A stretch of 64,000 nt of DNA from Chrysemys picta bellii. Lineage: Eukaryota. Shown here piece after piece: positions 12,301-23,900 of this stretch; the stretch's first letter is position 1; each line of letters opens with the position of its first letter. Location: positions 13,082,001-13,146,000 of the forward strand of contig NC_088798.1 in the NCBI RefSeq assembly GCF_011386835.1, written 5' to 3'. The notes under the pieces are model-generated. The model saw only the letters and a program-made list of their open reading frames with translations, was not told the DNA's origin and ran no database searches. The position numbers and the translations under genes are program-made.

Positions 12301-15300
12301 AAAAACATCTTATACTATCCAGTCGCTAATCTGAGTGTTCGTGATATACAAAACTCAAGTCATAGGGGATGGAACTTGATGTTTGGTTAGGGCTATAGAT
12401 TTGGATTTAATCTTGTGATCATGAATGAAAGATACTGTTCCCTCATATGCCATATGAAATCTTTCTTCCTACATCCATGTAGAAAACAAGGAAATACTAA
12501 GCCTATGGCTACACTTCACTTATGTCATTAAAACTTTTGTTGGTCAGGGGTGTGAAAAACACACACACCCTGCCCGACAAAAGTTGAAATGGCAAAAAGC
12601 ACCGGTGTGGACAATGCTGAGTCAGCATGAGACACTCTCCCGCCACCGAAGCTACCACCCAACATTGGGGGTGGTTTTATTTTGTCGGCAGGAGAGTTCT
12701 CTCCTGGTGACAAAGAGCAGCTACCCTGCTTACCTTACAGCGGCAAGATTTTAGCGGCACAGTGTACACACAGAGCCTAAGTCATAGTGTGTATTTTAAT
12801 CTCTCCTCACAAAAGTAAAATACCTTTTCTTTGCATTTTTCACAGTAGTATGCGTTACTTCCCTCCAGAACTTCTCCTCTAACAAACTGATCCAATGAAA
12901 TTTCCAGACTTTGACATGAAGTGACTCCTAGATTGAGCGCCATGAAGGCTTCTTCGCGCTCGTACCTAGAGTCAAGAGAGGGGGAAAAAAAACATTAAAC
13001 TATTAGAGAACGAAGCAAAACATATCTAACTTAGACATGTCCTCCTAGGTAGAATCTTCAATTGTTAGAGCAAAGGCTGTAAATCAAGAAATATGTGCTT
13101 TATTCCCAGCTCCGCTACTGGCTTGCTAAGTGATCACAGACAAGTAATAATCTGTTTATCAGTTTTCATAAAGATAAATAGCCACTTCTGGAAAGTATAA
13201 CTCATATAAAGAGGATCAACTCTCAAAGTAGTTACAATTTCTGGTCAGAACTTTCTTCACTTTTGTTGAGATTTCAGCTGCTGATTAGGATTAATTTTCT
13301 TACACCTACCTGACTTTACAAGAGAACCATGATTTAGAATTATTTTCTATTTGGTCTGTTATAAGTGGCCATCAACTGGTTACAGGGTTCCTGCTCTCAT
13401 TTTCAGCTTCTATTTCGGAGCCACTAATTAGAAAAAAAATGTGATGACCAATATAAGGAATTATGAAAGCCTTAGAATTTTAGCTTGGGAATGCTAGATT
13501 TTTCCTATAATAGACAAGGTGCTGGAAGCGTTTTAGTCACCAGCTGTTTACAAAGTACCATTTTGCCCTATTTTTTAAAACTGGAGACATCACATGGTAC
13601 TGTACAACTAGGTGAGAAGGTTCCAAATTTGCTCACGTAACATTAATATATGAGCAATTTTAAACAGGAAGGAAAAGTGGTCCTGAATTCTGAGCCAGTA
13701 GGACACAGGCATAGGAAATTATGTTGTACAGGACAAGCGGACAGTGAATATTAAAGGGATTTGCAATACTAAGATTACAATAGAGTTGAAAAAGTTTATT
13801 CCTCCTCCCACATCTGTTACTTTAAGAAGCAGAAGTAAACTCCATGATGTAGGGACGCCTCACACCACCTAGTTACTTACCTGTGAGGACAGTCCTTACA
13901 GATCTTCTGATCTGAGTAGATACCCTGAAAAGTATTCTTAAATATTTGGTCTCGTCCTATTTTCTGTTGAAGATAGAAAGTTAAAGTATCAGTTGGATAT
14001 TTTTGTAATGTACAAAGAGCAGCATATCCTGAATTTAGTCCGTTGTTTTATCTATTCCATAAAATACCCTGTGCTAATGCAATGTTAAGGTCACAAATAC
14101 AAAAGCAGAAACTGCAGAAGTTAACTCATCAATGTTAACTTACTCACACCGTGTAAAGAGTACTTCATATATACACCCCCCCACTTGATTTTTAGTGTTT
14201 CATACAAGCTATATCACCAAGATGCATCTCCTCAAAAATTTTAAAAGCAAGTTTGTCTAAAATTAAGATTAGAGATAGTCTTCTATTTTAATCCCCATTT
14301 CATCACTCCCCCCCACCTCCTCTTATTTTGCCAGTGCTAAATCAATCCTCCTAAAATGCAGCATGTGTAATTTGATGCCACATTAGAATTTTTTCACAAA
14401 AGTTTAAGGCAAATAGGAACAGGCACTTGGGAAGTGAGGTTTTGAAGTCTAAAAGATTGATTTCACATGAAAGATTAGTAACTGTTTTTTAACTGTTGTT
14501 CTTTGAGATGGGTTGCTCACATTCATTCCATTGTAGGTGTGTGTGCTCGCCACATGCACCAGTGCCAGAAGTTTTTTCCTCACTGGTATCTGTAGGGGAC
14601 CAGCTCTGTCGTCCTCTGGAGTGGCATGCGTATGCGCCGGTATGAGGCGCGCTGCCGGCCCCCTGCCTCTCTCAATTCCTTCTTGCCGGAACTCTGACAG
14701 AGGGGAAGGAGGGTGGGTCATGGAACGGACATGAGCAACACATCATGAAGAACACCAGTTATGAAAGGTTAGTAGCCGTTTTGTCTTCGAGTGATTGCTC
14801 AAGTCCATTCCATTGTAGGTGATTCCCAAGCAGTACCTCTGGAGGCAGGAGTTCATAGATGGGTCAATTGCAACACAGCTCTGCCAAATCCAGCATCATC
14901 TCTGGTAATGGTGTAATGCATGGGGAACATGTGTACCGAAGACCATGTTGCAGCCCTGCACCAGGGACATGCACCAGGAAGACAGCCGAAGATGCCTGAG
15001 CCCTAGTCAAGTTAGCCTTCACTATGGGGGGAGGCACAGCCTGTGCCAACTTGTAATAAGTGCGGATAAAGGTGGTAATCCAGTTTGAAATCCTCTGAGA
15101 GGACACCGAAAGGCCCTTCATCCTTTCAGCGATCGCAAAAAAAGAGCTGAGTTGATCTACCGAAGGTCTTAGTGCGCTCCAAGCAGAAAGCCAGGGCACG
15201 TCTGACATCTAGAGCGTGCAGGCGCCTCTCCTCGTTGGTCGTGTGAGGCTTTGGACAGAACACTGTAAGGAAGACATCCTGGTTGACATGGAAGTGTTGG

Positions 15301-17883
15301 CCTTGGCGACGCCTATATCCCCTGCTCTTTCTGCGGTACGGTTCCGCTCTGGTCTGGCCCATGAACCTCTGCGCTTGCTGAGGTTTAAATCTCTTTCTAG
15401 CATGGGATGGGGTGTACAGACCCAGCGAGCAAAGAATAGCTCGAGTCTTTTAGACTGTGTAATCTGCTGTCTGTCTGTTCAGCAAAAAGGGCCGAGCCGT
15501 CAAACGAGAGGCCCTGGATGGACTGTTGGACCTTCGCCAACAGACCGGATGATTGAAGCCATGACGCCCTTTTCACAGCCACCGGGGAGGCCGTCGCCCT
15601 GGCCGCAGAGTCTGCCACGTCTGAGGCAGCCTGGAGAGAGGCTCTCATGATTGCCCTGCCCTCATATAGTATGGCATCGAGCTTCTGCTTACATCCTGTG
15701 GGAGCAAGTCAGCAAACTTGGCCGTGGACTGCCATACGCTGAAGTGATACCTGCCGAGCAGAGCCTACTGGTTTGCGATGTGAAGCTGTAGGTTGCCTGT
15801 AGAATAAATTTTCCTGCTGTAGTGATTAAGTCGCTTCGCATCTTTATTTTTTGGGGTCGAGCTGGGCTGCCCCTGCCTGTCGTGCTTGTTGGAAGCCGCA
15901 ACCACTAGTGATCTGGGGCAGGGATGTGTATATAAGTACTCAAACCCCTTTGCAGGAACTGAGTATTTGCGCTCTGCCCTCTTAGAAATGGGGGGCAGGG
16001 ATGACAGGGTCTGCCACAGGGCTTTTACGATTTTGACTACCCCATCATGCACGGGTAGAACCATCTTTGCCGGGGCTGCTGCCACCAAGACATCAAACAG
16101 GGAGTCCGTGGATTCGGACATCTTCTCCGCCTCCAATCCCAGGTTGACTGCCACCTGTTTAAACAGCTCCTGGTGGGCTTTGACGTCATCCTGAGGCACA
16201 GAGGCCTCCTACTGCCTCATCAGGTGGTGATGATGAGGCGGCCAGCTCAGGATGATGGGCGGGGTTCCACGTCCCCTGCCTGGGGAACCACAGCCACGGG
16301 AGGAAGGGTCTCTTGGGCCCCTTGGACCGATGAGACGTCTGAGCCTGGGGGCAGTTCAGACACCAAGGCCAAAGGTCTTTCTGAGGCCCCTGAGACGGAG
16401 CGCTGGGCCTGAGGTCCGCCAGCCTGGGGCACTGCCAATGGGTTATAGATTTACCAGGGCCCAGGCCACTGACCCTGTGGCCACATGCTTGCAGGTTGGC
16501 TCTGGGAAGAACCTGCTTGCTGTGCAGGTGGCAGTTGGTCCCTGGGTGCCATCTACTCCTCGCTCTCAGAGCCCGAGGAGGAATGGTCTTCCTCTGGTGA
16601 GCACAGCGGCGTCACCATAGAGTAGGCTTCCCCACTATGTCTGGTGGTCTTGTGCCTGGCAATCGGGACCCCGCTGAGCCATGCCGTGTATCCGGCGACG
16701 CTGCTCATAGGCCTGGTAATAATCTGGAGAACAATGCCACCCGCTTCAGGAACAGCGCGCAGGCTCCAGTGACCGGAATTGGGAGTGCGAGGGATCGTCC
16801 ACGATGCTCTGGCGAGTGGCGTCTGTGAACCAGGGATCGGTGCCTTTTGGGTGACTGCTGCCTGAGTTCTGGGGACTGGCAGCGTGCCTCTGTGGCCTGG
16901 TACCAGGGGTCCGGTGACTGATGTGTGGATCCTGGAGCTCAGTGCCTGGAGCTCAGTGCCTGGAGCTCGGCGATTGCCAGGAACCTGCCGAGTAGTGGCT
17001 GTGGGTCTGTGCTTCAGGACACGGCGGTGGTCCTGGTGAGTTGGCTGGGGTACTGTGTCATGGGGGTGACTTCTGCAGGGGTGCCATTGAGGGCTTTCCC
17101 CTAGAAATGGGTGGGGTGGGAGGGATCCTTAGGCCTCTCTTCCTGAGGAGTAGGCAGCACCAGGAGGAGAAAGATATCTTTTGCTGCTTGAAAGGCTTCT
17201 GGGGCGGAGGGCACTGTGAGGTACCACGTACCTCTATCACTCCCTGGGGTAGGAGGCAGATTGCGGGGCGGACTAGGCCCAATAGGCGAGGCTGCCGTGT
17301 GGCTGCACTCTGGTGGCGACAAGATAGCCCGACTCGGGCCAGGGTGGTCATCTCCCTTATCCTTACGGGACCCTGGGGAATGCCCCCTCCTAGGGTGCTT
17401 CTTGTGCCTTTTGGCTGGTACCGGTGCAAGGACCATCACTGGGAGACAGCCGGTGCTGGGGCTACACTTCTTGTCGATGCCGAAGTACTTGGCACTGAGT
17501 CTGAATGTGCCGGCTCTGAGGCCGGTACAAGAGCAGACTCCATGAGGAGCGCATGGAGCCTGATGTCTCTCTCCTTTCTGGTCCAGGGCTTGAATCCTCT
17601 GCAGATACAGCACTTTTCACAAGTGTGGGACTCACCCAGACACTTCAAACAACTAAGATGCAGACTGCTGATTGGCATGGGCTTCTTGCAGGCTTGAAGC
17701 CTGGGGGTGGGCATGCCCCATCCCTGGATTAAGTCCCTCAGAGGACTATGAATAACTAAGTACACTAAAAGAACAGGAGTACTTGTGGCACCTTAGAGAC
17801 TAACCAATTTATTAGAGCATAAGCTTTCGTGGGCTACTGCCCACTTCTTCGGATGCATATAGAGTGGAACATATATTGAGGAG

Positions 17884-17928
<45 letters not shown>

Positions 17929-20900
17929 GAGAGCATGAACAGGTGGGAGTTGTCTTACCAACTCTGAGAGCCCAATTAAGTAAGAGAAATTTTTTTTTTG
18001 AAGTGATAATCAAGCTAGCCCAGTACAGACAGTTTGATAAGTGTGAGACTACTTAGGAACTGAAAACTATACAACTATTTACATAATAAAACTTCAAAGA
18101 ACCACTGAAAGAGAAACTACTTGCTAGAACAAGGGGAGCGCTCCAGCACCGACACTGGTGGTAAGAAGGAACTGAGGGAGGGAGGGGGCCAGCAGTGCCC
18201 CTTATACCGGCCACTCCAGAGGGCACCAGAGCTGGTCCCCTACAGATATACCACTGAGGAGAAAAAAAAAAAAAACAGTGCATGGGGCGAGCACACACCC
18301 CTACAATGGAATGGAAATGAACAATCCCTCGAAGAACTGCAATGGCCTAGAAATTCCAGGTGTGGTTTATCTGGATGAAGAATGATGTCTTTGATTAGTT
18401 GTGGTATTTTTTGGGTGGGGGCAGAGGGAGGTGGTGAGTTTATGGATGGAATTAAAGTAATTCCCGAACATATTATGGCTCCAATACAGATATAGCTGAG
18501 AGTTCCCCAAATCCAGACAGGGAGAGTCGGTTTATGGAGGCCTGGTACTTTTTGGCTACTGTAAAATGATAAGGTGGGCCATTGTGTAGACTAAAAACTG
18601 CTCTTTAAGACTGCTTTACAAACCTTCCCTCAAAGTAGGTCTCTTTCCATAACTTGGTGAGTGGAAGGCATGAATCCACACTTGGAGCATGAAAGAGAAG
18701 GGGCCTTTTATGGGTGTGGGAGGGTGAAGCAAGGTGCATGGGGAGATGTGGTTCATTTCTGGGAAACTTGCAAGCGCCATGGGAATGGATCTCACTGAGG
18801 AATTCTTAACCAAAAGAAAATTCACAAGCCAAACACTCCCATCTTAATAAAAGTTAAAGACATAAATATCTGTCAATAACTTTAGGGGAACACATACTGA
18901 GAATATTGGCGTTATCGGCCTTCAACATTAGAATGCCAGTAAACCAACAGTTAATGTCACCCAAACACACCTTAACTCAGCCCCCACCTTTATCATTAAC
19001 CAGAATCAATGGAAACAAAGATTTAATCCTAGTCTCAAACAATGCACATCTTCCTCATATCACTGAATCCAAAAGACAGGCATGATTTAACTGGCCTCAC
19101 TGAGCCATCTGTATATTTTAAATAAAAATGCATCTGTGTTACATCAATACACCAGATTAATTTTCTGCCTTCTAAAAGCTCACATGCAGTCACCAGGAAC
19201 AACATTTTTTTACGTCTCTTTCCCCACAATTGAGCACAATTTGGAGAGTAGCTTGGGAACAACTTCCCCTCCAAAATACAATATTTATCAACATAATTGT
19301 TATATGATGGATTTAGAATAAATGCCATATTTTGGGCTATGAATCATGTGGGGCCTTGACTTAAAGTTTCATTACCAGGGATTTAAGTGGTGGTGATCAA
19401 AGGTGTCATGTGAGGGACCTAGGGTGGCAGGAATTATATTTACTTTTCAAACATATGTAACCAAAGTGATTTTGGCCAGAATTCTGAACACCACAAGCAA
19501 ATTACACAAAGAAACCGGTTTAGCAGATTTAAGATGCTAAAGCTACAAGTTATGAACTTCTCAGAGTCTATCAAAACCACGTTTCCCAAAAGCCCATCCA
19601 AAATGCAAAGTGCAATAGGTGTGCAGGGTGAAAGGTTGGCAGAGCAAAACCACAGTTCATTTTAAACCTCTGTATTTTGTTATCAAATATTAGTAAGATT
19701 TTGTTGCACTTGACTAAAATTGTTAAGAATGACACAGCAGTTCTTAACTTACTTTCCAAAGGTGCAGGGACAAACCCCCCCACCAAAAAACACAACAGAA
19801 ACCCCCACACACTTCTACCTTGAGGTATTCATCCATCTGATCTATAAGGCTAGTAAAGAATTCATAAGCATCTTGTTGCTCTCGAACATAAAGTTCCTTA
19901 TTCCACATCTTGAAGATCTATAAAGACCAAAAAGATAACCAGTTTTATAGCCACCACTGTAAAAACTAAAATGTACATATTCATGGCTTCTACCTACCTT
20001 AAAAAAGGATATTTATTAGTTTAAGGCCAGACAGATGTTTAATTACTAGTAAGAATCATAAATATTGACATGTTTCACCATGTCTGAATCCAAGTCCCAC
20101 ATATTAACTAACTAGGAAAATTATATAGGCTGAACAAAATGGAAATACCTTCCAAAAGTTCTCGGGTACATAATACTGCAATTTGCTTTCCATCAAATGG
20201 CCAAAGAGAGACTGAATTTGATAAAATACACTGTCATCTGGATTGTCCATATCATCGTCGATTGAAAGCAATGCCTTGGGGGGGAAAATAACCATCTGTA
20301 ACATGACTTATTTGCAAAAATATCACATAAGAATTTAAATTAATAATTCTGTTACTACTGCGTGTTTAAACAAGGCACAAGTGTTCCTAGAAGACAAAAC
20401 TGAGTTTGTGAATAAAAACTTGCATTTTAGATAAAACTTGCAGCGCTAAACAATAGATTCATTAAAAAAATTCCTTTTTAAAAACTAATTTTGATATTAT
20501 AACCTATCATTTCTCTTAAGAATTTCCATGTCCTGAGCCATTCAGCATATTTCAACACTCCAAGTTTTTATACGTATTTTGGGACTTGAATGAATTTACG
20601 GTAGAACTAATTAAATATTTGTAAAATAATTTGACTAATTTTGCAGTGTTTGACAAATATTTGACTAAAAACCCTTTTCTTTACTCAGCGCTGATTTGTA
20701 GTAAAATCAAAGTATGGGTTGGTAGAAAGCATTTGTCAGAAATTATAAGTTAAGTTTACCTCAGGGAGACCTGGCTGCATGTATAGCTGCTGGAAGACTG
20801 CGTTCATGTAACAAGTAGCACCACCATTCTTCAGCCCCACAAATCCTGAAGTGGATCGACTATCCACAGGTGGAAGATACTTATGGGAAAATTGACATTT

Positions 20901-23900
20901 CTCTGTATCAGTCGATTATAGAAAGTATGGACTCCAATAGCTTGTAAATCACATTATTATTATTATATAGGCAGTTATAAAAAGGTATGCTGGCTGTCAA
21001 ACAACGTTTTTATACATTTCACTGAGATCTGGGCCAAATTTGTGAGAGCTATGCACACAAATTGTTGTATTTGGCTGTACAGCCAAGATTGAATAGAAGA
21101 TACCTAAGAACAGTCTACAAAGTTGTGTATCTTTTAAATCAAACCAGTCAGCGATTTTTAGGCAATAATTTTATTTATCAAGATGACAATTGCCTAATAG
21201 ACTCAAACGTGTGCTTGCTCTTGGAAAGATCAATAGGTATGCATTAATTCAGATCTGATTATCATCATTTTAAAATCAAGGCCCTGGAACATTTGTGGTT
21301 GGAACAGGTAAGTGGCTAAAAACAGTATTTCAAATCACACAGAATAATTTAAATTGCATCAAGGCATCTTACTTACATCAAACTCCTTGGTAAGTGCAGG
21401 GTCAGGCTGATGGTGCATAGAAAGTAGCTCTTTTGTGATAAGCTGAAGATTGGAAGGTGAGCTATCAGCCAACATCACTAGCACTTCATAAGCTGCTAAT
21501 CGGCTATCCACTGTACTGCACCTAAAAAGAAAACCATAAGCGGGATCTATTTAGTAGGTAGTCATATGCCATAATTTTAAATTCTGGCAAATCTTGTTAG
21601 TCAGATTGTGTAACCCACTTATAACTGCCAAAGGAAAACAAAATCAAAAGATGTTTAGAGACCCCTCAATAGTCTGATTCACAACTTGCTGTGAGAATTT
21701 TATTCCCTAGACCTGTACCAGTGAATGCTACTCATTTTGTGGGAAGAGATACATGTGTGCTGAAGGTCAAAAAAAGACACCGCGAGACACCAACAGCGCA
21801 TGCGCGTCCCATCTGGGCACTGCTACCGAAGATCTCTGATCAATGGCGCCGGGACGCACCGACACCTGAAGTGGAGCACCCACAGGGACATCTTCCCATA
21901 GTGATGAATATTCTTCAGGCTAGAGGATTCCCCACCACCTCTAGGCCAAGATACCATGCCCACTGGGTACAGCTCTCTGCTGCATGTGAAGTTTGACAGG
22001 CAAATCCTTTGGGATTTAGAGATTAGTGGGAGTTTAAATGCACACCGGAATTGGCAAGTTTTGGTACAGTCCTTTATCAAATGCACAAGTAGCTGATTAT
22101 TAAAGTACTCAGATATAGCTGGAAAGTTGACCCATTGTACTAACCCTCATAGCTTACAGTTCCAGCCTGCAATCTAGCTAGGAAAGAACTCGTACAGTGT
22201 GAACAAAAATGCAAATTATTTTCTTTACTTTGGGTGAAAGTCCTGCTGACTGATGGCAGCACTGCCAGCTGGAGAATGGCTATTCAGGATAATCCTAGAT
22301 GCTCGGAAGAGGAAATCATCTAATAATGGTTTAATCAAAGATGAACCTGTAAGAAAGCAAATCCACATTTAATGTTAAATATCTGCCGTATTGCTACAAA
22401 GACAGTCAAATCTTGTCCATATCAAGAAAGCCTCCTGTTTAGAATGTCACCATGCTAGCCATTCAGCCACAGCAGGAACTATCCTATTTTCTTCATTACT
22501 GATTTTTCAAATCAGACACTAGGAACTATCAAAGAAAAATATGCTCAGAATTCCTAGATGCTGCAGCGGTGGTGAATCATAGAATATCAGAGTTGGAAGG
22601 GACCTCAGGAGGTCATCTAGTCCAACCCCCTGCTCAAAGCAGGACCAATTCCCAACTAAATCATCCCAGCCAGGGCTTTGTCAAGCCGGGCCTTAAAAAC
22701 CTCCAAGGAAGGAGACTCCACCACCTCCCTAGGTAACGCATTCCAGTGCTTCACCACCCTCCTAGTGAAATAGTGTTTCCTAATATCCAACCTGGACCTC
22801 CCCCACTGCAACTTGAGACCATTGCTCCTTGTTCTGTCATCTGCCACTACTGAGAACAGCCGAGCTCCATCCTCTTTGGAACCCCCCTTCAGGTAGTTGA
22901 AGGCTGCTATCAAAACCCCCCTCATTCTTCTCTTCTGGAGACTAAACAATCCCAGTTCCCTCAGCCTCTCCTCATAAGTCATGTGCTCCAGACCCCTAAT
23001 CATTTCTGTTGCCCTCCATTGGACTCTTTCCAATTTTTCCACATCCTTCTTGTAGTGTGGGGCCCAAAACTGGACACAGTATTCCAGATGAAGCAGCAAC
23101 AAAAACTATATGCAGCCACAATATTGTTATTCTCCTGTAAATTCCCTCCACACAGACCATGGCAGAGAAAAATGTCTTTAAATAATTCACTACAAAACCC
23201 AAACCAAATCCAAACAACCTGCAACGAAGAACATGGTTACTAACCCAGGTAAGTTACTTCTCCCGGTACAAAATAGCTTCATAAAGTTATGTCTGCACTT
23301 ATGGTGGTGTGTAAAATACAAACACTGTATGCCCAGCTAGCATGGATATAAACAGCAATGTAGAAGGGAAAGCATAGCTTTGGTGAGTAGAGTGCCCTAA
23401 ACATTCGAACCCCAAGGGTATACATACACATGCTCTCTACATGCCAAAGCAGTGACTAAAACATCCACACCGCTCTTTTTTGCAGCATAGCGTCCTGCTG
23501 CAGAGCCTTTCCCCACCACAGGGAAAGACTCCAGCAGTGGAGAGAGGCTTTGACTGTTCCCCGCTGCCAGAGCCTTTCACTGAGGCATGAAGCTACACAC
23601 TGTAGGGACAAGTGTGGGTGGAGATTGCCTTTCACTGCTGTGTGTAGCTACATGTGTAGAGCCTGTACTCTACATGCCATTGTAAGCATAGATTTGCCAA
23701 AGACACTATCTACTTCTTTATTAAACAAAACCAGACATCTTCAAGTGATAAAGAGATCAAACTCAAATTGGTTTATGTACTTTGGTACACAAAAGGATAC
23801 TTACCGAGCATTTCCTTTTCGGCCCCACACAGCGAAAGAAGAGTTTTAATGAGCCTCAAGTGTCCTGCTAATAAAATGTTGTCAGCTTCACTGGTCTCAC

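Larger units (their letters stand above)
14490..18337 (-). mobile_element. DIRS-type tyrosine-recombinase retrotransposon, internally deleted and degenerate
   Basis: Inverted terminal repeats (about 14498-14680 vs 18160-18337) and an internal complementary region (about 14721-14820). Gag-like ORF with an N-terminal Cys-rich motif ([24 protein letters not shown]) and a LAP2alpha-like segment (15765-16199). YR C-terminal remnant ([20 protein letters not shown]; SSQRISNWI; [10 protein letters not shown]). No TSD, as expected for DIRS. Confidence 0.88.

Noticed and set aside
16932-16970. Repeat array as CRISPR-like
   Set aside because: The 14-bp units are adjacent with no spacers, the genome is eukaryotic, and there are no cas genes.
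15216-17697. Long plus-strand ORFs (up to 218 aa)
   Set aside because: They are antisense shadows of the GC-rich DIRS gag, with no recognisable motifs.
18345-18830. GC-richer block next to the DIRS, possibly an old L2 remnant
   Set aside because: No diagnostic motif was readable by eye.
20140-20148. GTATTTCC donor as a U12-type intron
   Set aside because: It does not match the U12 consensus GTATCCTT, and I saw no U12 branch site.
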